DNA of 64,000 bases, taken from Camelus dromedarius. Its lineage: Eukaryota. The notes under the pieces are model-generated. The model was not told the DNA's origin. It saw only the letters and a list, made by a program, of their open reading frames with translations, and did no database searches. Within the stretch, counting starts at the first letter, position 1, and every line of letters starts with the position of its first letter. Where the stretch lies: the NCBI RefSeq assembly GCF_036321535.1, contig NC_087436.1, positions 89,344,001 to 89,408,000 of the forward strand, read 5' to 3'. A program made the translations under genes and the position numbers. This document shows, one piece after another, positions 28,341 through 41,629 of the stretch.

Positions 28341-29263
28341 ATTTTAAAGTGATTTAAAATTATTCAAAAATGACTTGACAGAAGCACATTCAAGGGAATG
28401 TACTTAAGGAGAAAAACCAAAATTATATATACCAGATGGAGAGTGTTAGGACTTGAAAAAAACTGCCAGGGTTTTGCCCGCTAGACACTGATTTTAACAA
28501 TGAGGTTCATCAGGTTATTAGAACTATAGGATGTTATTGTCACCTGGCCGTCAGCCTGGCCACTATGTCTCCAGAGAACGGAGGTGAATTTGTTGATTTC
28601 ACATCCTGGGCTGCAAAATATGGGGCATCACTGTCAGATCAAGCAAAATGCTTTTCAAGTGCAGGGGACCAGTGTGGACAACACAAATGCTGTCTCAGCA
28701 CCCTGCAGCCCCTGTTTTGAGCTGTTTCATATTGGTTGCCAAAGTCAGGAAACTGCTGATTCTGGGGGAAAGTATGAATAACTTCCGTTTCCTCACTTTC
28801 CTCATGTCCTTTTCTAATCTCTGTCTCTTAAGCAAACCTGTCCTCTCATTCAACCATCCATTCACACACTGGTATAAACACAAGAATTAAAGACTAGCAT
28901 TATAATTGCCTCTTTCAGGGTTGTTTGCATTTCAGCAGGAGTCAAAGCAGAAGATATCAAGATCTGATGCTGGCATTTCAAGCTGGTAGCATCTGAGGTC
29001 ACCTTTAGGAATGTAGATGCTTCCTACCCACACTCCTAAAAATGACTGGTGTTTCCATCAAAAGCCAACCTCCACTCAGTGAGATTGAATAGCATTGGAT
29101 GGCATTTGCTTTGTTTGAGTTTGGGCTTCACCTATCATTTTGTGGAACCAAAAGTGTACATGCTTTAGCATGTGGAAAATCTGCATGGTAACAATGCAAA
29201 AACAATTCACCAATATGTACTTATGTTCTATGACAGTGATTTTGAACCCAGGCATGTTCACCT

Positions 29264-29557
29264 CCTCTTCCTGGTCCCAACTTCAAAACGTCTGAAAATC
29301 AGTTGTCACCACATTTAGCCAACAGCCTCCAATTAATCAGCATTAACCTTACTAGTGAATCTTCTTCATCTCCTCTCATCAGCCTCAACTCCACAGTCTG
29401 TTTGAACTAGGATTTTTGTTGGCTTGGTCGTTTCTTTTGGATGTGCTGAGTTGTCTGTGTGTGTGTGTGTGTGTGCGCGCGGGCGCGAGCGTGGACGCAC
29501 ACGCTGGGGGTGGGGTGGGCAGTGAGGTGGTGATGTCGGTGGAAGGGATCTCTTATC
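29264..29557 (+). repeat. Copy A of a ~295-bp dispersed direct duplication
   Basis: Aligns end to end with 44347-44633. Confidence 0.95.
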
Positions 29558-31699
29558 TCCACTTAATGTGGTAGTTGATTTAACACATTGACTGGTTATG
29601 ACAGATTACTGCGTGGATGTGGAGGTTTCAGACAAAAGTTGACGTTTGCAAGTAAACATACCACACAGTAGTAAGGATACAATTACAGCAAAATAACTAG
29701 GTAGATAGACATAGACAGATATAAAAAGACATCACATACATAGATAATATATATATTTCTGGATTAGACATATTATTTCCTTTACATTTTCAAATTTGAT
29801 AAAGTTCCTTGGTTATCTTTTAAAAATCTACTTTACTTCAACCATTCCTGATGACTGAGGAGCCACTTTCATATGCCTCTTATGTTTGACTCTCCTTATT
29901 TTTAAACGTCATTCACTTTGTAGTCATCAATCAATTAAGTTATTCTCTAGTAATTTTTTAAATGTTTCTAGAAATCCTGATAGTCCAGGCACCAACATAC
30001 AGAGGACACTTTGAAAATTAAAAGAATTCAGTAATTTTTAAAGATGAAGAGTTATATATACAAAATATGCATATATATACATAAACATATGCACGTTGAT
30101 ATTTGTCATGAAGGGGTTTTGTGTCTGTGAAACTGGTTGTGTCATGTGATAAAGCTGTTTCTATGGAAACAGCTTATGATTCATGATCATCATGAAAGAA
30201 AATTACATTTGATGGTATAAGGTAGACCCAACCGAGAAACTATTAATTTCTGAATTAAAAAATTTAAATGCCATTATTACTAACACCTTTTTATGGCTAG
30301 AAAAATTCTTTTATAATCCTAATAAATGTTATTAAGCCCTTATAATATGCTAGGAGCTACACAGAAAGCTTAAAGAATATAATCCTAAACTTCCTGGAGC
30401 TTACATAGTGCTGGGGGTGGGGGAGGGGATGGAAGACAAGGTTAATAGAAACCTTATAGGAATGAAAGATCATTGTGTTATATTGGGTCTTTTGTCTTTT
30501 CAGAGTCTTGATTTGTTTATATGCCTTATGCATTATTCCTCCAGCAGATTTCTCTTCAGTGTGGCTACAGAAAGTTCTGTGGGTTTTGAAGTAGATCCAG
30601 ATGCATCTGAGTGGGAGAGGGATTGCAGGAGGTGGGAGGGAGAAATGATGGCCTCCGACATGAGAGAATGTTCTAGGCACAGGTAGGATTTCAAATAAAT
30701 GTCACTGAACCGTCTCTATGGAAACCACAAAGCTGTTTCTCTTGACTAGAGAATTGTATATCATTCTCTCAAAAATAATAGATCAGAAGAAAAAACCTCC
30801 CTACGAGTCACAAGGGTTAGAGTAGGCAGGGACCCTGAACTTTCAACAAATCTATTCCCCCGCCTTCAGGAAGAATCCCAAAAAAACCCCTCTCATTCAA
30901 ACAGGATTCACTCCTAGCAACCTCCCTGATTAATCCATTCAGCATCAGGAAAAATGCGTCTGGCCTCTAACTTTTCTGTTGTATCTGAAGGACCTTATCT
31001 CATACTATTTTCCGCTGGAGGTCAGGATGGAGTAGCTGATTGCTAACAGCTACCTAACACACTTGTTACAAGAACTCATGCTGCTGTCATGTGATTTCAC
31101 ATGGAAAACACGATGTTCCAGAAGGACTCTGAATCATTTTCGGGCTGCGATGGAGAAGAGAGCAGATGCTGTGTAAGTGGGTTCCGCACACATCCTTTTT
31201 TCCCCCACTTATGTGGTTTTATAAAAGCAACTGAAACAGAGTTACAAAGATCCCTTGTCTTGGAGAATTTGAAAAGTAGGTTCTAAATCTTATCAGGGTC
31301 TAGGTCCTCCTAGATAAAGAACAACATTGTTGCAGATTACAGTTGACTGAACTCCATTCTCTGTCTTTGGCCAGCACCCTTTCTCCAAATCTCTAACCAG
31401 CTCATTTCAGCCACCACATTTATGGGCCCAGAATTTCTCCCTGTAGAAACTGCCTTATTTGTGAACAGAACTAGAAGGATCACCAAGGCACTAATCTTTT
31501 CCAGGATCGTTCCAACCTCCATATTTTACTTCAGTGTTCCCACAAGTACCTGATGACAGTATTCTCCAACAGTTTTTATTTTTTTAATTCAGAAAGCATA
31601 TCTATTTCAGTGGTGAACAGGATGGTTGGTCTTCTTTTCCTGTTTCCCTCCCTGGGCAGATGGTGGAACACCATAGGGCATCCTATGATCACTGCCTCT

Positions 31700-32805
31700 C
31701 AAATTCCAACTTCTAACTACAAAATCCCTCTGATTTGCCTCTGTTTGAATATCTTTTTTCATTCCTTTTCATACCATGCTTCAGGCATTTATCACCTCTC
31801 AATTGAACTTTGAAATACCCTCTAATGCTTCTTAACTAGGAACGGTAGCCCCAGCTTTAGCCTTTTCTACTTCATCCTCGACATAGCTACCAAAATGATG
31901 TATCTGAAATGCAAAACATAGCTCTTGTTAAACCCTGTAGCAGGTGTTCTGTGTTTCAGGATTAGGATTCATTTTCTTGGCATACACATTCCAGCATCAC
32001 TGAATTCTGTCTCTCTGTTTCTGTCTCTCTATGTGTGTCTGTGAGGGAGTGTGTGTGTCTTTTTAAAGTGAAAATGGAAAACATGGATAAGATTTTTAAA
32101 AATCAAACAATTCAAAGGGGCATGTAAAGAACAGTAAGTAACCCTCCAAGTCATACTCCTAGTCCTGGTACCACTTCCAAGAGACAGGCACTGTTACACT
32201 GTTACTCACTTCTTGTGTATGCTTCCAGAAGTGGGGTGTGTGTGTGTGTGCGTATATATATATATATATATATATATATACGCACACACACATAGAGAGA
32301 GAGAGAGAGAAGCTTCTTTTACACAAGTGAGAACATTCAATAACATTGCCCTACATCTTGCTTTTAGCATTCTGTCTTATTTCTTGACCAGCTTCCCTGT
32401 GCCCTTTAAGTCCTCACAATAGTGAATGATCTGTAGTTCCCAGAACACTCCATGCTGTTTTCAGGCACACTTCCCAATGCTTATGCCCTTTCTGTTGCTT
32501 GAAAGGTTCTTTTTCCCATCTGCAGCCTACACATGGTACTAACTAGCATTCCTCTAGGATTCGCCTCAAGCGTTAAACTTTCACCTTGCCTTAGAAACTA
32601 CTCCTCTGAGCTCCTGGAGGATGCTGGACATGCATGTTTCTATCACAGCACCAATCACATTGTTTAAAAATAGCTGTTTGTTTATGCATTCTCCTCTACA
32701 CTGTGAAATATTTGAATGTATAGAACTCGTCAGTCATTTTTCCATCCTTAGTGTGCAGTTCAGGCCATCATAAAAGGCTAAATATTCAGTAAGTATGTGT
32801 TGAAC
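31700..32805 (+). mobile_element. L2 LINE with an embedded old L1 fragment and microsatellite (about 32060-32380)
   Basis: Pyrimidine-rich L2 body ending atattcagtaagtatgtgttgaa. Confidence 0.65.
32236..32310. repeat. Compound microsatellite (TG)n CG (TA)14 CG (CA)5 TA (GA)n
   Basis: Read directly from the sequence. Confidence 0.95.
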
Positions 32806-34269
32806 CAAAATACTCCAGGATCAAGCTAACAATGGGTGTTTCAAAATCTTCCAAAAGGAAAAAAATCTTTACTTCAAGAAGAGAGATTTAAAATTTTTTT
32901 TAAGACTATAAACTCCATAAGGATAGAGACGGTATCTGTTTTACCCCCTAGAGTGGCTGAAGGAATGCTCTTGGAAAAATGTCCTTTAATCTTAAGTATA
33001 CAATATGATGATGGATTTTATTGGGCTTGCAAGAGGGAAAATACATTAGGCACTTAATGGAGGGGTAGCAGAAAAAACTATTAGCAGAAAAGCAATGAGG
33101 ACTATGAGGATTCTAGGAAGGGGATGTTGGGCTCACTAAAGAAAGCCCATATATCTTTCCCTCCTTTTTTGTGACCAGTCTTTTTCTTTCTAACTTATCA
33201 AAATTGATAGCAATTAATTGTAAACCCTTTCTTGAGCATTTCTGTCAAGTGCTGAATAATAGATGCTTTATATGCTACTGATTATAACTTCCTTCAGCAA
33301 CCAGCAGTCAAGAGACTTCATGAAATGCATCATCTTCTGAAAACAGAAATATTCTAAAATGCAGAAACTCAACCCTGGTATTACAAAAAGTAGGATTCAT
33401 TGCTCTGAAAAAGTTCATGAGGGAAACACTTAATCAACTGCAAGCATATTGCATTCATCTTCCTACTGTCCTCAAGCAGGTATATGTCACTTGTGTTACT
33501 GAAACTCAAATCAATTGAAAACATTTAATACCATCTATTTTTCTTATGAAATGTTGTACCTTCCCTGATAATGCAAGATTTCATTCATGTGTGTCTTGAG
33601 GGTGCCATTAAGACTTTGGGGGGTCTGTCAGAACAAAAAGCACCAAACATTTACAGAGTTGATACTAAGTGATGTTAAACTGAAATGAACACCTTGGCTT
33701 TACTCCTTGCTCCCAAACCACCTGATTTTACATGGATTGGGTAAATCCTTTGGGATACTCAGATTTTGGAAAATACAGGTTTCCTTTTGTTTCACATTAA
33801 GTGTTGAAACATTCATTAGTTTGTGATAGTTGCAAATTATTGCAATAGTTGACCAATGATCCCATTTTGAATATAATGGACAACATCAGATGGAGATATT
33901 TCCAATTTGGCCTTGCCTCCAACTCTCAATATAATATAAACCAGGCATCAGTCAAGTCTCATTCTGAAGACCATTGATTCAGCATTTCTTGTTGCTGTCT
34001 TTGGGAATGTGCTTAACTAGGGAAAAAAATGGATGATATTGCCTAGATCAATTAAAATAATCATTCAGGAGGCCCCACAATCATTACTCCAGTGGTCCCA
34101 GGAGACTACCAGAGTTTGCACACACTGGGAATTCAATCAATGCTTGTTGATAAACATCTCTAACTGGAGAATAAAATGGGATAAGGCAGACTGTAACAGG
34201 AAAATAATTTGGAGAGGAAGACTTGATATTAAAGAGTCTAAAATCTTGAATAGCCTAAGTTTCTATGGT

Positions 34270-34385
34270 AGAATATTTGAACTGGAAAGAGATTTAGCAA
34301 TCATGTCATTTACCTTCATTTTACAAGAGGAAACCTGAAGCATGGAGAAGTTAAGTGACTCACTCAAGTTCCCAAATCTAAATAC
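34270..34385 (-). mobile_element. MIR fragment
   Basis: ttcattttacaagaggaaacctgaagc...gaagttaagtgactcactcaag. Confidence 0.7.
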
Positions 34386-34419
34386 GAGGAATGTTTTTTC
34401 ACTTGTCTCTCAGATAGGA

Positions 34420-34648
34420 GCCAGACTCAGGAGTCAGGCTACCTGTATTCAAATCCTGGTCGTGCCATTTACTAGATCCATAAATTCTAAATAAGTTTTT
34501 TAATCTCTTACAACTTAAGTCTCTCTCAACCTCAGTTTCTCTATCTGTAATGGGAGATGATAATTGAGAAGCTTTAGATGAGCCAACATAGTGTTTGATG
34601 GTCATACTTCATATATAGGATGTGCTCAATAAATGTCACTTTATTTTC
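34420..34648 (+). mobile_element. MIR
   Basis: ggagtcagg...ttcaaatcctgg...cctcagtttctctatctgtaatggga...tgctcaataaatg. Confidence 0.8.
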
Positions 34649-35469
34649 ATTGTGTTACACACTTTATTACATAGTCTGGACTTGTAATTCTAAGAACACA
34701 GGTCTTCAAATGTGACCTGAAACTTTAAAAATCTGGATAGGCTTGCTACGATGCAGCTTAGAGTATAAAAATGTCTTTCTGTTATCTCCAAACTGAAAGG
34801 CAAAGGGAAAGTTTTCCTCTCCTAGCTTCTCCAGACAGTATAACATTGTAACCCAGCACCCAAAAGTGAGACCTGGTTGATTACTCATATAAGAGAAAAA
34901 CGTATTTTTATCTTTGACAGCTGATATCTGTTCGTGCCTTTAAATGGTACTGACCTATTTGCCCTATTTGCAAAGGAATTCTGTTATAACCTCAGAGAAT
35001 TTGCTGCCATCATTTTATACTGAAGGCAGCAAGAATGTGTTTAGGCTATTTTACAAAGCTGCTGCAAGCTCCTAGTGGGGGGAAACAGAGTGTGCAGTGT
35101 TCTCATTGTGAAGAAGAAAAGTCATTGGTGTTCTCCAAAGCAGCAGAACAGTGTTGTCGAAGTCACTGTGCTTGGCGACATGTGCACAGCCATCAGTTAA
35201 GGGTGGCTGACTCACGAGTATTGACACACTTAGGAGGACTGCTTATTAGTCTAAGTCAAGCCCTATCGTCCAGGCTCCTGTATTTGTCCTGCTGTTTGTC
35301 ATCAATAACGACACTCATTTTCTCTTTTGAGCACAGCTACCTATTTAACTACCTGGAAACTAACTTGAAACTTAATTTGAAACCCTGGAAAAATACCATT
35401 CTTAGAGAAATTTAAGAGAAAAAAAGTCCATTTTCTATTAACTCTAGATCTTAGAATAATGTACCTCTA

Positions 35470-35638
35470 TCTTGCTTTTCAAAATGCTGTCCACATACCA
35501 GCTGTCAGCGTCACCTGAGAGTTGTTAGAAACGTAGAATGTTAGACCCCATCCCAGACCTCTGAATCAGACACTGCGTTTTAACATTTTGAGATCCCAGA
35601 GTGGTTCAGGCACACACTAAAGAATGAGAAACACTGAC
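35470..35638. mobile_element. MER5A-like hAT-Charlie element
   Basis: cagcgtcacctgagagttgttagaaacgtagaat...ccccatcccagacctctgaatcaga...gagaaacactg. Confidence 0.85.
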
Positions 35639-36297
35639 TTAGAGAAATGGAGGAGGGAGATTTCTCAGAGCTGGTTACTGTTTTGTGGTAGTAATTAAAC
35701 ACAGTTGAAGGGTATACCAAAACCCTCTGGAATCAAATATTAAAATTACAGCAATAGTAGATATTTGGTAAAATTAAGTACTTTTTTAAGGCATTATTTA
35801 GAAAATGGTCTCATTTTAGGTTTTTGGGGGGGGGGTTGTTTTGTTGTTAATTGTAATGCCTGTAAGAGTGTATCCATGCATGCATGAAGGAAGGAAATAA
35901 TGGATACATGACAGCCATCCATTACTGGGAACAGCCTGGGTTGAGTCTTTGAGTTAGGACTGAGTTTCTGAGGGTGGCCACTCAGACCATCACGTCTTTA
36001 GATCAGGAACAATAGAGCTCTGTGGTTGGAACTCCTCCTTGCTGATTGAAAGCTGCCTCTTTAGTAAGAAGCAACATTTAGTCACTGGAATCTGAAATAC
36101 CAGAGTGCAACCTTTTATTTGCAAGTAGTTAATATCTTGCTTCCCCGATCTACTACTCTAAGAGAAGACTTGCTTACTATTATCATGTTTTATTGGGCTT
36201 ATATTAGCAGATGTTAGTGGTTTCTTAAAGGCAATTTCTGGGGACTATTGTCCCCTTTTGCTCCAGTTGCCTCCTGTTGCTTTCAGTCAACCTTGTT

Positions 36298-36344
36298 TGT
36301 GTGTATGTGTGTGTGTGTGTGTATGTGTGTGTGTGTGTGTGTGT
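36298..36344. repeat. (TG)n microsatellite
   Basis: Interrupted TG repeat. Confidence 0.95.
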
Positions 36345-36404
36345 AGGTATACATAGCAGAAATTGCTAAAAGAAAAGTCTGAAGGATTTAATTTGAAATA
36401 TATG

Positions 36405-36735
36405 ACTCACAGACTCACAGACATAGGAAACAAACTTACGGTTACTGAGGGGGAAAGGGGATGGGGAGGGACAAATTGGGAGTTTGGGATTTGCAGATAC
36501 TAACTACTATATATAAAATAGATAAACAACAAGGTCTTACTGTATAGCACAGGGAGCTATATTCAATACTTTATAATAGCTTATAATAAAAAATATGAAA
36601 AGGGATATATATACATATATATATATACATATATGTATATATATCTCCAAATCACTATGCTATACAGCAAAAATTGGCACAACATTGCAAACCGACTATA
36701 CTTCAATAAAAAATAAACTCAAAAAATAAATAAAA
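36405..36735 (+). mobile_element. 5'-truncated artiodactyl-type L1 3'UTR
   Basis: agactcacagacataggaaacaaacttacggttac...atataaaatagataaacaacaagg...ctatacttcaataaaaaa. Confidence 0.9.
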
Positions 36736-39700
36736 TACACAGAAATCACAGGAAAGTAGTTAAGATGACTCTTCAGAAAATAACAGAATGCAGTTGCTAT
36801 CCCAGGCACAATACATCCCATGAGACCAGAAGAAAAATTCTCCCAAATTTAATCAATATTATTGCTTGAAAGAAAAGTCTTGTTCCCAAGTATAGCTTCT
36901 TTCCTGCATCAGAATTATTCTTCAGAGGTTTTGCATTCACTGCTCAGAACTAACAAGTCATAGTTGCAGAGGTTTTTGACTACAAAAGTTCTCTTTCTCT
37001 CTCTCTTTTAAATTTGGGAAAAACATTTTAAATCCTGAAGAACATGAATCAGAAAATACTCTTCATGTGATGTTAGTCTTTAAAATAGGCAATGTTAGAA
37101 ACCAGTCTGGAATTATATTTCATTTAGCATAGTGTAGGAAAAGAGCAAAAATTAACCAACCTAGTTTTCAAACCCATTAATATAATGTACAAATATGTCA
37201 TTTTCCCAGCAATGGAAATGGGTGGGTAATAATGGTAATGAATAAATATATAAAAATGAGCAATGTTTTAGTAAAGGATTTTAATCTGGATTTTATTTAA
37301 AATTATTTTTACTATATTCAATGTTCATTCATATTTGTTGTTAAGTTTGTTGAAAATTTCCTGTTAAATAACCTTAGAAGTTACTGCCTTTTGGGGTTCT
37401 GAAAAAAATGCTTAGTACTAAAGCAATAAGTCTTATTTCCCATTGACATTTCAACCCGACTTGTATTATCTAAAAAAATCAAAGTATATTGTAGACAATG
37501 ATTCTAACCAGGGCTAATTATCCAGACTGTGTTTATATACAACGTTTAATCCTAAAATTCGTCTTTGTTTCCATTTTTTTGGAGTTATTTCCAATTTATG
37601 CATTTCAATGCTTTATCATAGATCACAGAAGGAAAAATAAACCTTAGGTTTTGTTGGTAGCTTTCATTAAAAAGAGAAACAAGAAAGAATAAATAAATCA
37701 AGGTTTATTACCTTTCAATGTTCAGTGGTTTCTTTTTCCCATTATGTCTTTAACACCATTGTAGAAAGGTAATGAGTAATTTAATAGAATGTATTTTTTA
37801 AAGGTTTATCTGTTGAGTGACTATTTTAAAACATCAGGTACATATATACACTTGGTGCAGTAAGCAGATTGTATTATTCTATCTTTAACAGCTATTTCCA
37901 GTGGCACAGCAATTAAATTCAATTTATTTTTCTGAGCTTCTGTATGAATTCAGTTGAACAACTGGTTATACAGAGCTTTTTTGTTGTGGTGGTTGTTTTG
38001 GTAAACAGCAACTTCCCTATTCGATTCAGTTTTGTTTTGTTTTTGTTTTTAAACTGAAAAGTTGTTTGTATATAGTAAGCAGAATTACACATTTTAAAAA
38101 TTCTGAAAAGCACTGAAAAGCAGACCACTGTTTGCCTTTTGAGCTATCTGAATCTTCTCCTATTTTATAAATTATCTATGTGGGTACTTAACACTGTGCC
38201 AAAATAAATGACTGAAAATGAAAATACCATCATCATTTATCTACATAATACAAACAACTTGTTAAACTAATTCCTCCTCTAATTTATCCAGTCGCAATGG
38301 CATGGACTGGGTACACTTTGTATATGTGCATATAACATTCCCCAGTGTTTACAAATAGTGCATCTTGGGTTGCTTTGTGGTAGTGACATGTATATGAACA
38401 GAATATTATAAATAAGTGAGTCTATTAAAAATCTTCTCCAAGTCAGAAAATATTCATTATGCAGTAATATTTCAAAATTGTTTTCTAATACCACCATCAG
38501 AGGTATAAATTTAAATATAAATTTAAAATCGTATTTAAAATAAGCTATTTAAAGCAGAAGGTATAACTATCAAATACAGAAATTTAATCGTCACACTTTT
38601 TATTCTAATCCCACTCAATAGATTTTAAATATATGTATCTCTTCCCTGACATTCCCTGAAAAGAAGAAACGTTCTTAAACCTTAGCATGTTAAAATAAAA
38701 TGACAGACTAGAAATGAAACGAAATGACAATTCAAAAGCCTCTACAGCTATGGAATGATAAAATCCCAAAAGGATTTAGTCTTTAAATTATTCAGGCTGT
38801 CTAAATTTCTGCTGCCACAATATCTTTTTTTTCGGAAGTGTAATAAAAATGGCATTTTGCTCACGCAGATCTAGCTGTTCCCTGGGTGGTTGATTCTAGA
38901 AAAGCAACAGGCTTTTCCCCCTGCCTTACAAGAAGCAACAGTTAGAAACTCTTAACAACTAGAAAACTGCTACCCCACGGTGGTTGGAAACAGCCAATAG
39001 AGAAAGTGACAGCTATGGTTTCAATCCATTTTGCAAGAGCTTCGGAAAGGGAGGAGGAAAAAATGAAATAAAGAATACTAACTCTCTGAAAGGAAAGAAT
39101 TGCGCTATGTTATATCGCATCCCCCCAATCCCTCTTTCCACGGTCTCTTTGATCATTAGGTTTTTTCCACATGCTTAGGTTTCTAAGGCAAAGCAAAGCA
39201 ATAAACTCGACCCATTCCGTTTCAACTTCAATTCGCAAGATGCGGCGAGACAAATTCATCACCCCCGACGTGGGAACAATACAAGCCTCTCCCCAGAAGC
39301 TGGCTTGAGCTCTTTCGCATTAGCTGGCAGGAATGGGCTGTTGTCTCAGCCTGTTGCTCCTGCCACTCTCTGTGCGAGAGCCTGGAAGGAGGGAGGGGAC
39401 ACTGTGTGCTTGGGTGCTAGGTGGCAGGCCCTGGGTCGGGCTGCGGGGACAGCGCCTGGCGAGGAGGCGGCAATGGACCACGGTCGGGGGACCCTCCAAG
39501 TGCAGGCCGCCCGGCCGCCGGCAGATGGTGCCCTGCGCGTCCAACACGGAAGGAAACCCTGCGAAAGTAACGCTGACTCCGCCCCACCCGCTCCCCCGGC
39601 GCCAGGCACCCGTCCTTCCCCAAATAGTGCGGAGCACGTTTTCTCCGAAACACCGCAGTAGCCCGTGTGTGTGTCGAAAATACAAACCAGGCAGCAGAGT

Positions 39701-39846
39701 ATATGTGCCAGAGAGGGGAGCGCGCGCGGAGTGGGACTCCCGGGGCCGGGGCGAGGTGACCGCCAATGAAACGCAGAGGGCACGGGGACCCGTCCGTTTC
39801 GCATCTGCGTAAACCCGGCTGCGGGGCCAGTCGGGAGGCCACTCAC

Positions 39847-39914
39847 CATATTCACTTCGGAGACCATGTCTATGCTGGCGACATCGATCCTCATCCCGAC
39901 GTCCACAGGGGGCC
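39847..39914 (-). CDS. GABRB1: GABRB1 coding exon 3
   Basis: Acceptor ccggcAG, encodes (G)PPVDVGMRIDVASIDMVSEVNM, donor ATG|GTGAGT. 68 nt. The DVGMRIDVASID wording is beta-1 rather than beta-2 or beta-3. Visible inside ORF 39346..40152. Confidence 0.98.
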
Positions 39915-40169
39915 CTGCCGGGGAGGTGGAACACATTATGGACATAATCTCAGAGTGGTGACAAGCTGGGGAGGGGACAGGGGGCTTCCCTGCGCTTAGT
40001 ACATTCCGAATGGGCTTCCGCCACCCCCACCCTTCCAACCCCTTGCAGGGGACAGCCTGGGAAAACAGGTGTGGGCACACGCGTGATGCAGTGACTATGC
40101 AGAGGGTGTGTCGGGCCGGGGGAAGGTCAGCTCTGCCTGGGGTTTCGTCCACCTGCGACTAGGGGTCCG

Positions 40170-40204
40170 GCGCGCGCGCGCGCGCGCGCGTGTGTTTGTG
40201 TGTG
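40170..40204. repeat. (CG)10 followed by a TG tract in intron 2
   Basis: g(cg)10 at 40170-40190, then tgtgtttgtgtgtg. Confidence 0.95.
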
Positions 40205-40325
40205 GCCAGAGCTTAGGGCGTAGTGCAAGCTTACGAAAATTATATGCTGCTGCTGCTTCTTCTTCTTCTTCTTTTTTTTTTTTTTTGACATTTATCTTTG
40301 ACAGGAAAGAACTAGATATGCGTTA

Positions 40326-40472
<147 letters not shown>

Positions 40473-40610
40473 TCAGAATGAGCACAAACTGCGAGCAGAC
40501 ATAAAAATAGACAGGCACACCTACCCCCCAAATAATGAGCTACATGATCCAGCAAGCATGTAAGAAGAAAAACACCAAGAAAAAAAGAGACATTCAACAA
40601 CGGCAGCTCA

Positions 40611-40703
<93 letters not shown>

Positions 40704-40780
40704 TTAAAGAATTGTCTTTTCTGCGAAGATTCAAGGAATGCAACTTAGTCGGCGGCAGGGCAGTAATTCCCGAATGGACC

Positions 40781-40792
40781 TGCGCATGCGCA
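40781..40792. promoter_or_regulatory. NRF-1 binding palindrome at the GABRB1 core promoter
   Basis: TGCGCATGCGCA, a perfect NRF-1 consensus about 90 bp upstream of the ATG. NRF-1 control of the GABRB1 promoter is established in other mammals. Confidence 0.9.
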
Positions 40793-41629
40793 GAGGGTGC
40801 TCACTACCAAAAGACACCTTGTGCCTTGCAAACAATATTCCTAGTGGAACAGGCAACAGATTTCAATCCCTTTAAAGTTCCTGTTTGTGGTGCGCCGCGT
40901 CCTCCGTGTAGTAAAGGATATCCTGCTGTTTCCTTGCTCGTGATCCTACGTGTATGTGTATATACGGATCTTTGTGCATTGGAGGTTGCTATGTGCATTT
41001 CCCTTCTGCCTTCAACCTGATTTTTTTTTTTTTTTAACTCAACTCCCAGGGATCTGGCTTAGGCTGCCTGTGATTGGTATCTTTTGTTGACAGTCACAGT
41101 GGTCTTAGAACTGGGAGTCTAGATGAGAGGCGGTTCTCTGGTTGCCTGTGTTTGTGTGTTTATGTGATGGGCGGGGGGACCAGGGGGAACGAAGTGAGTG
41201 GAGAGGGAAAGTCGGAGAAGAAGGAAACTCAGGACGTATTTGAGGACTCCAAGAATCAGGTCCCCTTGAGAGGTGTTTTAGGACAACCTGGCTTAGCGTT
41301 GTCCTTCTGTGTGGGAGGGGGAGGAAGAGGGGCGGATCAACTTTTGCACTCGCTCCCCGGGCTCCCCTACTTTTTTTCTCTTCCTCTCTTCTGTCTCTCC
41401 AGGCAAGAGAGATGAAGGAAGCAAGCGATGAGGCGGCAATCCTTTTTCTAGGGTCATTCCCCGCAACTTTTCTTCTAAGTTCTAGTAAGGAAAACCTCTT
41501 TCTTAATTGCCAGGGTGTTTGCTCGTATTAGTTACCCCAAACAGGACCCTGAAACACCCAGAGGATCTAACCTCTGTTTGCAAGTAGACTGGGGTTCTGC
41601 GGGAGCAAGTGTTGTTTGAATTAAATTAA

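Larger units (their letters stand above)
1..39846 (-). other. GABRB1: GABRB1 intron 3 (partial; exon 4 lies beyond base 1)
   Basis: Follows the exon 3 donor. No DYTLTMYFQQ (exon 4) coding sequence was seen. Intron 3 of GABA-A beta genes is known to be very long. Confidence 0.9.

Noticed and set aside
39436..39456. Canonical REST/RE1 site
   Set aside because: Only the right half matches; the left half (TTCAGCACC) is absent.
39305..40152. Several long overlapping ORFs (118-268 aa) on both strands
   Set aside because: Stop-codon scarcity in a GC-rich island. Only the 68-nt exon 3 part is GABRB1 coding and it has its own splice sites.
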